From contig JBOZIK010000001.1 in assembly GCA_051453625.1 (NCBI GenBank), positions 30,691,435 to 30,723,713 of the forward strand: 32,279 nt of DNA. Direction: 5' to 3'. Under the pieces are notes generated by a model that worked only from the letters and a program-made list of their open reading frames with translations, was not told the DNA's origin and made no database searches. Position numbers and translations under genes: made by a program. Below, in pieces: positions 12,020 through 23,901 of this stretch (within the stretch, counting starts at the first letter, position 1; the number at the start of each line of letters is the position of its first letter). The DNA comes from Welwitschia mirabilis. Taxonomy: Eukaryota.

Positions 12020-12915
12020 ATGGATCTTGACTCTTTATTCTTATTGGGTGAGGAGGATGAATAATTTGTATGTATGGCTCCAGCTAAAACAAAGTTAAAA
12101 TAGGGACTATGGAGGATACATCTACATGATCTTATGGAGAACAAGAGTTATGATGAGATTTATAGGGTATTAAAGAGGAAGAGCAAGGATATGATCAATC
12201 TATTTGAAGGTTCTATGTAGCTAGGACATGAAAATAAAGCTCTCAAAGGCAATACCTTAGAGTTGAATGCACAGTTAGGTATTTTGTATGAACTATACCT
12301 TGGGTTAAAACATGATTCCTTAAAAGGTAATATTTTCTATTTGATTTTAGATGGTGATAAGATAATATCCTTTAATGGATTAGTGAATTAATACAAGAGA
12401 GAAAAGATCTAATAAATCTTTTAAAAGAGAATACCTCCATTCAAATGGAACTCATTAGGCACCATAGGGAAAAATCCAATTAGCTTTAATTATATTGTCA
12501 TTTTCTTCATTAAAAATTAGACAAGAAACTTGTAAATTCTAAGGAGGTTGANNNNNNNNNNNNNNNNNNNNNNNNNNNNNNNNNNNNNNNNNNNNNNNNN
12601 NNNNNNNNNNNNNNNNNNNNNNNNNNNNNNNNNNNNNNNNNNNNNNNNNNNNNNNNNNNNNNNNNNNNNNNNNNNNNNNNNNNNNNNNNNNNNNNNNNNN
12701 NNNNNNNNNNNNNNNNNNNNNNNNNNNNNNNNNNNNNNNNNNNNNNNNNNNNNNNNNNNNNNNNNNNNNNNNNNNNNNNNNNNNNNNNNNNNNNNNNNNN
12801 NNNNNNNNNNNNNNNNNNNNNNNNNNNNNNNNNNNNNNNNNNNNNNNNNNNNNNNNNNNNNNNNNNNNNNTTGTAGGCAATTGAAGGCATTGGATAAGTA
12901 GTAGAAAGAAACTAA
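12020..12915 (+). pseudogene. Antisense accessory ORF 2 relic (coiled-coil-like), spanning the gap 12552-12870
   Basis: ATG at 12020 gives MDLDSLFLLGEEDE*FVCMAPAK...MENKSYDEIYRVLKRKSKDMINLFEGSM*LGHENKALKGNTLELNAQLGILYELY. Stops are sparse for such AT-rich DNA. The end is uncertain. Confidence 0.45.
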
Positions 12916-13369
12916 GTAGCTATGTACAATGTTATTTACATTAGTTGGGATGTTGGGCCTATGCTTTTACTCCCCTTATGGGGATTTATGGCTTATATTT
13001 TTGTCTTTAGAATGATGACAATGGTAGGTGTGGCTTTGAGATTCATAAACTTATATTCTACTAATGATATAATGCAGTTATCATATTGTTTTAGCTCATT
13101 TTCTTGGGTATGATGATTATTTGAATGTTTCATATTATTATGATCATTATGAGAATTTAACTCAACCTTTCCCTTTAGCTCATGTGGATTCCTAATTATA
13201 ACGTGTTATCACTTTTATCATGGATATTATGATACCAGCATTGATGGAGGCCCTATATTTTGCTTAGCTATTGTTTTGGATTACTTTGATGCACTTTTGA
13301 TTTCATATTTGGGTGTTCACGTGTTTTATTTTCTATTTTTAACACAACAGTCCTTTTTTGTAAGGGAAT

Positions 13370-13730
13370 TTTCAAAACTAAATTTCTATGGGAGATTTTA
13401 ATTTTTTTATTAGGCAATAGAAATTATTGCTTGAGTTTTAACTATCTAGTGTCTTCTTAATGATATGTTAAATGTTGAAAAATTTTTAATTACCTAGAAC
13501 TCCATTTTTTCCTCCAAGTTTTGAGGTTTCATAATCATTGACCCTTTGATTAAGGTAGTTTATTTGAGGTTTATTTTATCAAGCATCTTTATTTTTTTAA
13601 ATAGCTTTCTGTAATGACATTTTTCTTAGCCTCAGTATCTATAAATGTCCTTTTTAATGTTAAATTTTTTAATGTTAACTACAATGTCTAGGAGGTCTTG
13701 CATAGGATTTCATAGGGAATTTGTTTGATT
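13370..13730 (-). pseudogene. Aspartic protease of element D
   Basis: KRTFIDTEA (DTG motif mutated) near 13630-13655. A downstream relic SLRRH*IVKTQAIISIAHNKKIK corresponds to LLGRPWI...AxxSxxHQxxK. Confidence 0.75.
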
Positions 13731-15415
13731 TACTCTTTTAAAAATGTGATTGGTGGACTTTCAAGTTGAATCTGTGTTTCAACTTGGGCCAATATTGCAA
13801 GATATTTGTTATGGATCTCTATAAAGATTTCATGAAAGCTTGTTTCTATTTGTGTGAACTATTCATTAAAGAATATAAATAGATTTTTATCTATTTTGAA
13901 ATAATTCTCTATTCATCATAGCTAAACATGGATTTTGATGTGGCTGTTGATCTAACTTATGAATAGTATAAAAATTATGTTTAGCAAAACTCAATGTGAT
14001 TTCATCACTTATTATTTATTTACCTTTGTCCTTCGATGATAAAAGGCTTTTGAAATTTTCCAAAAACTCATTTATTTATTGTATTATTCTTATTATTTGG
14101 TTTTATCTTCCTTTCAATTAAGTCCTATACAACATGTTTCAAATTGATGCATTTTTCAGTATCATGTCCCTTGATCCTATGGTATTAATAAAACCCCCTT
14201 CTTTATACCATTTTGGCTTTAAAGACTTTAGCATAAGGATTTTATAGCCTTATAAAGATTCTTTGAGGTCATTCATTTTGGGTGGAGTTGGGATTGGCCT
14301 TGAAAAATTTATATTCAGCTTGAAGAGGTGGGAGATTTTGTTGTTGGTAAGATTGATTTTAATCTATAATTGATATAGACTTGGTTTGAATTTGGGATTT
14401 CCTTTGGTCCATCACTTGATTGTCTTCCTTATTTTCATTCTCTTCCCTACACTTCTGATTCTTTTGGCCAACTCTACTGCTTGATCAAAGGTATTGAATT
14501 TTTGCATTCTTAGGTTTTTTTTGATATAAATAAAATGCATGATTTTATAAATAAACTTGTCATGTCCTTGTCTAAAATAGCATATTCTAATTATAGTGCT
14601 ATGATTTTCCATTTTTCAGCATAATTCGTGATGTTTTCTTCATATTATTGCCTTAGGCTAGTTAACTAGTGATATAGAATGCATAAAATTTATGGCATAT
14701 TGCTTCATGAATGTTTTAAGCATCATTTTTAGACTTCTAATGGAGTGGATTGGCAATCGATAATACCACTCAATTGCATTTCTGATTAATGAATGATAGA
14801 ACAAATGACATTTAATGTCTACATCTATTTGATGTAAGCTACAGGTATGTTTAAAATTTTTAATGTATATTTCGGAATCTTCTATATTTATAGATTTCTT
14901 AAATTCAGATATTTCTAATGATTCTTTTGGCAGGTACTGAAGGATGTATTGATGTATCAATCACATCAATGTTGTCACGTGAATTAATCTTAGACAAGTG
15001 TTTCTTTAATGACTTAATAACCTCAATAAAGCCACTCAACTCTAATGTTCCTTGTATTGAGATTGGAATAAGGTTGTAGTTTCTATCCTTCAAGTTTTGA
15101 TCTTTTAGTAAATTCTCTAATATGTAAGGTTGCTTAAAAAGTTTTAATTGTTTATACTTATACTCTTATTCATCATTTTTATTTTTGTTTTGTTCATTGT
15201 CATCTTGATTCAAATTTGAGGATGAATCTTATTATATGTCTAAAGCACTTTGTACTGCCTTAACTTCTTAATTACTTTCTAAATATAATGGAGATCTTCA
15301 AAATATCTTATAGGCTTCAACGTTTTGTATTTCCTTAGCTTCTAAAGCCAACTTATTAGCTAGTTTCTTATATTCATCCTTTAAGATGATATTAGACCTA
15401 CTAATGATTGGTATG
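13730..15415 (-). pseudogene. gag of element D (Retrotrans_gag capsid plus zinc knuckle)
   Basis: ORF 14658-14960 reads KCHLFYHSLIRNAIEWYYRLPIHSIRSLKMMLKTFMKQY. The knuckle YHRIKGHDTEKCINLKHVV*DLIE lies at ~14115-14190. Confidence 0.88.
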
Positions 15416-15449
15416 ATTATATGTATTTACCTAATTGCATGTTTTGCAT

Positions 15450-15467
15450 GTTCCACTAGGTGTGCCA
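15450..15467 (-). promoter_or_regulatory. Primer-binding site of element D, tRNA-Arg type
   Basis: Minus strand tggcacacctagtggaac, 6 nt from the LTR end. It differs at 3 positions from TGGCACACCCGGTGGGAC, the complement of the plant tRNA-Arg(UCU) 3' end as recalled from memory. Confidence 0.8.
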
Positions 15468-15473
15468 AAAAAC

Positions 15474-17045
15474 TGTAAAGGTAAATTTTATTACTCCCAA
15501 TGGTCTTACTTCTTTTTAAGTTAGTTAAGTAACTAGTTAATCTAGATAAATGATTTATTTACTTAAATTAATAAAAAGACAAAACTTTGACCTTTATCTT
15601 AGGCTCTATTTTTGAAATTTTAATTTGCCAAGAATAAGATAAACTTAATTTAAAAAATTTCAGATCTTAAGATGAAAGTTGATTTCTAAAACCTAAGGAG
15701 TCATGAAAAATGATTAAAATAATTAAAATCTAAATTATCAAAATTTAATTCATTTTCATTTAAATTTTAAAGTAAATAGGCTAAATCTGAATTCTAAAAA
15801 TGTAATCCAAGATAATAAGATGATGAACTTCTAAGAACTAAAGTGATTCCTAGGACAAACAACCCAAGATAGTGAGTTAAATTATTGAAATCTAAATTTT
15901 CATGATTTAAACTTTTTTTGGATAAATGTAAATTACATGATTAAATTTTAAATCCAAATTTAGAGAAAATAGATTAAGAATGTAAAGTTAGATTATTATG
16001 AAAATATAAATAAAAATATATAAAATCCAATTTCTATTAAACAAAAACTGCATTTGGACAAACATAAAATAAAGAAGAATTTTCTAAATTTTAATTTATG
16101 ATAAAATAAATTTAAATTATAGAAATAAATTTTAGAATCTAAATTTCAATATTTAAAATAGATTTTAACATAAGACTCCTCAAAAAATATAATATTATAA
16201 CTTCAAAAATTAACTTTAGAATAGAGAAAGTACTTTTAAGAAGAAAACTTCAATTTTTAGACTAAATCTAAGTCAACTACACCTGAACATATGATAAAAT
16301 GCCTAACAAAAATGAAATATTTTACTTTATAGATAAGATAGATATAGAAAAGGAGATTTAAACCTTACTATATTATTAAGGAATGAGATATATTTAAAGA
16401 AGATTACTTTCTTGATTCCTTTAATGGCTTAGAATTATTAGATGACAATTTCCTTATTAGCTAGTGCAATTTCTAGCACCCTAAATGATTTTGGAATGTT
16501 TTCTAAATTTTATTTGTATCTAATATATGCCTTCTTTTTATTAGAGGAGGTGCTTTATTTATATTTCCCTAATGCTAATTATAGATCCAATTTTTAGGAA
16601 TAAATATCCTCAAATCCATGATTATTCTTGGATGTTTTGCATTTTTATCAGATTTCCTAATATTTTGAAATAAGTGGATGTATAAAATGGTCCTTACCTA
16701 ATATTTTTCTACAATTTCTTAAGATTTATATTTATTTGGATTTGGATTAATCTGAATTCTATGGAATTTGGATCTAAGGTCAAAAATTTGGCTTTGTAAT
16801 ACAAATATGTTTAGTCTAAATTATAGATCATAGATATAAATTTAATCCAAATTTTTGAATAATTTGAAAATTTGAATTTATGGGAAATTTGGATTTATAG
16901 CCATAGATTTGGATTTCTAGGTGGGATTTGGATTTAAGAATAAGAATTTAGATTAAAAATGAGAATTTAAATTAAAGGAGATAGATTTAGATTTAAGGTT
17001 TCAAATTTACATTTCTATCTGGAAAAGTCAAATTTTTCATCAACA
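15474..17045 (-). repeat. 5' LTR of element D (~1570 bp)
   Basis: The inner end (...aaatttacctttaca) is fixed by the PBS. The outer end tgttgatgaaaaattt forms an imperfect TG...CA inverted repeat with it. The partner LTR is not in the window, so the outer end is inferred. Confidence 0.7.
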
Positions 17046-17683
17046 AGTTCAACATAGAAACTTTAAAGTAGAATTCCTTCACCACCCCATGCAATCACCA
17101 CATGTCTCTAGCACCTTTATCAGTTTGTATAGAATTAACTCCATCTTTATAGATGTGCTCCAAAACATGGCTAAAGATTTAAAAACATCAAGGATAAAGG
17201 CATAAAATCATGTATAACATCAAAAAGAATAGAAAATATATTTATATGATTAAAAGAGTTAAATTAATATCTTTAAATATAATAAATTAACCTAAAATAC
17301 TTGATAAGAATGTTAATCTTGACATGTTAACATACCATCCTATCAAACTTTTACTAGTTGCTTAGCAAAAAGTGTGATAAAAAACTAAAATGGAAAAAAA
17401 AAAAATCTAAAGGAAAAAATTTTTAAGTATGATGTAGAAATGATTAAAACTTTGAAAAATGTTTGGCCAATTATTAAAAAGAAAAGAGGCATTATAAACA
17501 AATTTTAAAATCTTTAAAGTACAAATACTATACCACCAACCCATGTTAAACTTTATCCTTAAAGTTTAAAAAGATAGAAAAATAAATACAAGGTTTAAAA
17601 ACAAATTTATGTAACACTTGGATAAAGATGATTCATTTTATATTATTTTATTAAAACTAAAAAAGGGAAAATGAAAAAAATAT
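17046..17683 (-). pseudogene. Element E fragment: probable env-like ORF relic of a SIRE-like Copia, continuous with 24960-25240 once B is removed
   Basis: Minus-strand relics LYPSVT...LFLNL (~17590-17630, frameshifted) and YAFILDVFKSL (~17170-17205) resemble the YPxLVxxFYxNL and LxYxxxLxxVF motifs. Very degraded. Confidence 0.35.
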
Positions 17684-18740
17684 TATTGCAGTCTGTATTT
17701 ATGCATGCTTTTACGTTCAAATAGATTCTGCCATTAATAATTAAAATATATATTATACATAATACATCATACTAATATAATGAGAATGACCTAAAATGTC
17801 ATATCTTGTTGAAGTCTATTCGCATGAAACTTAGATTGCTTTTGCAATTAAATAGGAAGTAGAAATAATGAATAACAATGCAAGAAATTAAACTACCATG
17901 CAAAGTGCAATATGTAATCTAAACTAACATGCAATGTAAATAATCTTAACCCTACTTGCTTTTTAACCTTAACAAAGGCTACCCTTGGTAATCTATATCA
18001 CCGAAGAAATTGTCATAAGATCTTAGGCAACATTAGACTATAAGGGATATAAGAAATCCTATAATATAAACATGAAATAAAACCAAGATTTATATTAAAA
18101 TGGTAACAAATCTGGGTTACAAAACAAGTGGGTCTCAATGGAAGATACTCAACCCTCTACCAAGTGCTCGTCTTTCTACAACTCTTAAGATAGACCTCCT
18201 ATCCTTCGTTCTCCTGTCATGAGAATCTCAGATGCATTGAAGATGATTAGGAGAGTTGAAGAGGAACTTATTTATAAGAAAATACAATATAAATGGATAG
18301 ATATAAGGTGAAGTTATGTGCACTCATTACGCACTCAGAAATGGACAAAACAGCTAAGAGAATCTATCAATGACAGTTACATGTCAGTGTCATCCAGGCT
18401 ATCATCCAGATGAATGAGGGCTGACAAACTATTATAAAATATCTTCAAAACGTGACTCAGCAGTCCACGTAAGTGGTTGTTACCTTATCTATCATGTGGA
18501 TGATGAAGGGGACAATAGTCTTCTTTAATGTCTTTCTTGAGGAGAAACTTAGCAGTCTTATCATGAAAAGCTTTATTCATCAAAAAGTGCTTTAATTGCG
18601 TCAAATTAAATAATAACTGCACTTTTTTAAGATTTCCTCTTATATCTCTAAAATCCTAAAAATTACACTAAAACCCATATAAAAGTCTTGTAAAATAACT
18701 TATAAAACCCATTAAATAACCATAATTTGGTAGTGCAACA
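17684..18740 (-). repeat. 3' LTR of element B (1057 bp)
   Basis: Direct repeat of 23902-24959. A hand count gave about 27 mismatches in the first ~197 bp. Confidence 0.96.
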
Positions 18741-18759
18741 TAGCCCCCCACTTAGCCTT
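18741..18759 (-). promoter_or_regulatory. Polypurine tract of element B
   Basis: Minus strand aaggctaagtggggggcta immediately precedes tgttgca. Confidence 0.92.
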
Positions 18760-20877
18760 TGTCAGTCCCTGACAAAAACCAGGTAAAAAAACCATAATTG
18801 CGAGCCAATTTATTTTTACAAAGATAATCTGGAAATCATAAAATAGGCTTATAAAAACACATCACATGGATAGATAACAAGTAATGCATAATTTGTAAGA
18901 AAAATTTGAAAATTTTATGTCATAAAGGCTTTAAAAATTTTAAAAATAAGCCATGCAAATGGGTCTCTGTCTTCACTCCCCCCCAACTCCCCAGCTCCCC
19001 AAAAGAAAAGGCAATACGTTTCATATTGGAAAATAAATGAAAGAAAATAAATGGAAGTGGAAAGACAAGTAAAAGACAGGGAGAAGAAGGACAATTTCAA
19101 AAGAAAGTGCAAAGCTAAGTAATGTTAGAAAAGATAGAAAATATTCTAACAAGAAGAAAACAGTGGATAAAAAGTGTTTCATCATAAAAATAATATGAGC
19201 AATGCTTTATAATATCAAAAATTTGAAAAAAAATAACACAAATCTAATTAATACATTACCTTTTATTGAAAACTAAAAACAAGTAAATATGCTAAGAACA
19301 TACGGAATGATTTTAAAATAACTAACGAAACCATAAAAGAAAATAAAATGAATGGACATAAGATAACATAAACAAAAGATAGATCACCACTATAATATTC
19401 TAACCTAGTAATTTCCAATGAAAGTAATCATAATATCACTTGATGTGAAAAATGCATGACTTAATGTATAAAATATCCATTCAATAAGGAAGTGATTATG
19501 ACGATGCTAAAGTAATATGCTTTAAATAATGAATGATCAAATTAAAGAATTGCTCAAAAAAGAACTCTCCTACTGTTATCTCAAAACAAACACCTAAACC
19601 TTAAGAAAGGACATGATCATGTCGAAAGACTAAAAGTCTAGGAAACAAGAAATGCCTCTAATTACACCAGGAATACCATTGATCCCATAGCCTCAAAGTT
19701 TAAACACAACTTTATTACCCATGATGAGGGGAGTGCAACCACTGTCCAGGAAGTAAAGACCCATGAAACATAACCAATTAACCTCCCAATGGAGTTCCCA
19801 CAGCTACCATATTACATTACCAAAGGCTCTTCTTAGAAATATTTGCCCCAATGTACTTGTAGTAGGACATCATGGTGATCATGTTTTTGAGATAGAAATA
19901 TAAAATAGCATGGTATTTATTCACTTATTTTTTTCTTTTTTTCTTTTTTTCTTTTTTATAAATAAATAAATAAAATTCCACATGACCAAACACTTTAAAA
20001 GGTGAAAGTTATAAGACTAAGACAAAAAAGAACACTCTTAAACAATCTAAGACCCTTTCACCATTAAGAAAAGCATAAAAAATAAAACATCTTTCTTCAA
20101 GTGACGTTCATGGATGTGTAAATATTCTAAGATTGGGTGAATCTAATATTATCACTAAAATTCTCAANNNNNNNNNNNNNNNNNNNNNNNNNNNNNNNNN
20201 NNNNNNNNNNNNNNNNNNNNNNNNNNNNNNNNNNNNNNNNNNNNNNNNNNNNNNNNNNNNNNNNNNNNNNNNNNNNNNNNNNNNNNNNNNNNNNNNNNNN
20301 NNNNNNNNNNNNNNNNNNNNNNNNNNNNNNNNNNNNNNNNNNNNNNNNNNNNNNNNAAATGTATTTTCTCAAAATAACAAAATCAAAAATTAACATTTTA
20401 TTAATAATCATCTTTCTTGTTGTCTAAACAACATAGAGGATTACATACACAGGAAAAAAATAGAACATAAAAAATTAATTAAAAAATAGAAAAACTATCT
20501 AAAGAAACTATCATCCACCTTGTCATGGGGATGACAGAAGAGATGACCAATTATTTTTGCAAAAATAGAAAACAAAAAAAAAACTAAAAATAGAAACAAA
20601 ACAAAGAATAGAAAATAAAAAACAGAGACTCTGAAAAAAGAAAAAACTGAAAAAAACAATAAAGCAAGCAAATTTTTATTCAAATCTAAAGATAAAAACA
20701 CACTTTTATTGAAAATAAAGGAAGGAAAAATCAAGGATCTGTTGTGGTCTTCATGTTTTTAGAGAAGTAAGGTTCAAACTAGAAATTCACCAATTGATAA
20801 AACATAAGAGATGTGCAATTATTTTCATGTAAAATTAATTGGATGAAGAGAGGAGTAATGGAGAGAAATTTATGATT

Positions 20878-21670
20878 TCATATTAAAGTACAAATTTTGG
20901 AAGTTAAAGGGGAGAGAAAAGGTAACTTGGGTGAAATATTTTTATGAAATGCAAGAGGAACATTACAAAAATGATTACCTTTATGTCCATTGAAAACATT
21001 TTTCTTTTTCAAATTTAATTTTTTATTTTTACTTTTTGGATTATGAATTTGACAATCTCCCTTATATTTTTTCTTGAAAAGTTGGACTTCCTTACACTTA
21101 AAAGGTTTTATTTCTTCTTCATTCTTAATTTTATCATCACAAAGCACATGCTCATTTGGTTTCATCTCTCTTTTTTCAAGTGGGTGATGTTGCAAAAATA
21201 AAGTAGGTTTGACATTCTCTTTAATGTTTATATTATCATTACCCAAGTAATTTTTAGCTACATTAAATACTCTAATCATGAAAGTTCTATTACCAAAATG
21301 ACATTTCATTGTTCCTTTTCTTATATCAATGATGTAGTGGGTTTTTGCACAAAAGGCTCTACCTAGAAGTAAAAAATATCCTTTATTATGTTCAACTTCT
21401 AGAATATCCTCTATTATGTTCAACTTCTATGATAATTACATCTATTGGGTAATAATCCTCTTCAATTTATATTGCCAAATCTTTAATAATGCCTAAAGGT
21501 TTCTTAACTAATGTATCTGCTAATTCTAAGATAACTGAAGTAGGATTTATTCTGTCTTCCAAACCAAGCTCACTTCAATATCTATTAAATCTTTTCTTAT
21601 CTTTTTGTTTCCCTCTATTGAAACATTTACCATTACTGCTCTTGTATCTTTAAATTCTGGTTATTTTTAT
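20878..21670 (-). pseudogene. Aspartic protease plus C-terminal tail of element B
   Basis: PEFKDTRAVMVNVSIEG...DLIDIEVS, LGLEDRINPTSVILELADTLVKKPLGII, and LLLGRAFCAKTHYIIDIRKG together match the Athila-type protease pattern (KDPG...LxDLGAS...LxLAD...LGRPF). Confidence 0.85.
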
Positions 21671-23420
21671 AACACTAAATTCATGAGGCATTGGACAAGA
21701 AATACCTTACTAGGAATGACTTGTTTTTTTTCTTCTTATCAAGTATTTTCATAGTTTTGCATACCTCGAATTTTCTTTTAAAACTTTTTAAAAAGAAAGA
21801 ATTATGCTCACATTCTTTATTAAGGCTTTTAGATGATCATTGAAAGTTGAGTTGTCATTTAAGTCTATTCTTGCCAAGAGAAGAAAAGTTATAATCATCT
21901 AAAATTTCAATGTCCTCTTCCTCTTCTTTTTCATTATTATGGGAGGTAAAAGGTTTACATGGAGGAGGTTTTATTTCTTGTTTACTTCTTATTACAACCT
22001 TGCAATCTCTTCTTAATTCTTTTGGGTTGGGTAAAGGTTATGTAGGTAAAGTTCCTTGAGGTCTTTAGTTTGGTAGAAAGTTTGTTAAAAAATGTTTGTC
22101 ATGTTTTCAACATTGATTTTTTTTTTTAAAGCTCCTATGTAAGGTTTGTGAGTTTCTCATTTAGATTTTGAAAGTTTGATGGACTTGGTGATTTGCATTT
22201 TTTAATTGGTTTCTAAAATGTTGATGATTTTTTTAAAAATATATGTTCAACATAGGTTGTACTTGATTATAGTTTTAGAAGTTTTGAGATGATTGATTAA
22301 AAGCAAAAACTTCCTCATGAATCCTTTCTTTATAAGTTGTAGAGGATAATTTTTGGTGACATGATAGTTGCCCTCATATAAATCACATGTTTGCATAACA
22401 TTTCTTTCCATTACGTTTTTAGCATCTAAAATCATTTCCATATACTCCTCCAAGATTATCGTAAATTCATTCATAGGATTTGTAGGGTTTTCTTCTACCT
22501 CTTTTTATTGCTTCACTTGTTTTAATTCTTTGATAAGTTAGTCTATCATTTGAGTTTCTTTAGGTGTTGACCATGTTTTACTAACCTTCACAAGTTCTTC
22601 TAATTTTGTCCATCCATTATTTAAAGTAAGGTTCATGAATTTTCCTCTATAAAAAAAATATACAAGTTGTTTTATATGTGGAGTTAGCTCAATATAAAAG
22701 TAGTTTAGTTTTTCTACACTTGAAAAGGCATCTACTGGATTAGAGTGAACTACTACACAGAAATGATTATATGTGAAGGCATAGTCTTTATTTGATTTTT
22801 GTTAAAAGTTTATTATCTTCCTTTTTCTTTTTCTTATAGTTATTTCACTCATGAATATTTTTATAAATGTTTCTTGGACTTGATCCCATGTTTTTAGACT
22901 TTTGTGGGATAAAGTTTTTAGCCAAAGTTTTACCCTACCTTTTAAAGTCATGGGAAAGATCACCATATATATTCCATCTATTATTTTTTTCTTTCCATTT
23001 TTCAAGGTAAGGATAAGTTATTCAATGTCTCAATATATTGAATGGGATCCTCATCCTCTTCTCCACTAAAAGTTAGGAAAGCATGTAAATTTTTAAACTC
23101 TACATCATCCCCCAGTGATAGGTCAAATGGTTTTTTGAATTTCTCTATTCTTGTTGGCTAATAATTTTCTACGAGTGAGATTGATAAAAGATATACTACT
23201 TGTTTTTGTTTATGGAAAGAACTCAACATTATAGGTTGATTTTCTCCTTTTATAGGTTTTTCGTTAAGGAAATCAGACTTAGAAAAAATAAATTCTGAAG
23301 GAGGATTAAGTGCACTTGGAGATTATTCTTCTAATTCTTTTCTATGTTTACTAGTCCTTCTTTGAGATTCTATTCTATCAGCTTCTTTTCTCTAAGATAT
23401 TTATTCTCTAGATTGACCAT
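21670..23420 (-). pseudogene. gag of element B
   Basis: ATG at 23420. FLTFSGEEDEDPIQY at ~23035-23080 and IFPMTLKGRVKLWLKTLSHKSLKTWDQVQETFIKIF (ORF 22802-23005) match Retrotrans_gag. Confidence 0.88.
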
Positions 23421-23880
23421 ATCATAGCATCTTGCAAATAGAAAGTAATAGAAAACATATTAGAAAATAACAGACTATCATCCTGTATATCGTGTGGATG
23501 ATAAAAGAGACGATGCATACAAAAAAAAAAAAAAACAAAAACAAAACTGAAACACAACAGAAAGCAGAAAAATATAGAAAAATGCCTATCATCCACCTGG
23601 TCATCCAAATTTTATAAGAAACATAGAGACTAATTTATTGCAAATAAAATTACACTCTAAAAATAAACCAAAAACTAAAAATACATACTATCGTCCTGAC
23701 TTTCATTAGGATGATAGAGGGGATGATCATACTTTTTAATAGAAAACCTAGATCTAAAGAAATAAAACTGAAATGCAGCACATAGAAAACCTAAATCTCC
23801 TAATAAAATACAATGCTGTATAGACAAATAACTAGTATACTTATTTGAACGATGACAACCTTTGTACTCCTTGATAGTCT

Positions 23881-23898
23881 TTCTTGGCAATGATGACA
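23881..23898 (-). promoter_or_regulatory. Primer-binding site of element B, decayed tRNA-Asp type
   Basis: Minus strand tgtcatcattgccaagaa, 3 nt from the LTR. It derives from the Athila PBS TGGCGCCGTTGCCGGGGA mostly by G>A and C>T changes. Confidence 0.75.
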
Positions 23899-23901
23899 AT
23901 T

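Larger units (their letters stand above)
5842..17045 (-). mobile_element. Element D: decayed Tat/Ogre-type Ty3/Gypsy LTR retrotransposon, interrupted in integrase by element A
   Basis: Minus-strand order is LTR, PBS(Arg), gag, PR, spacer, RT, RH, aRH, INT. Dual RNase H in RT-RH-aRH-INT order is characteristic of Tat-clade Ogre/Retand elements. Confidence 0.88.

Noticed and set aside
15450-15467. tRNA-like 3' end ending in CCA on the + strand
   Set aside because: Only 18 nt with no cloverleaf; it is the PBS of element D.
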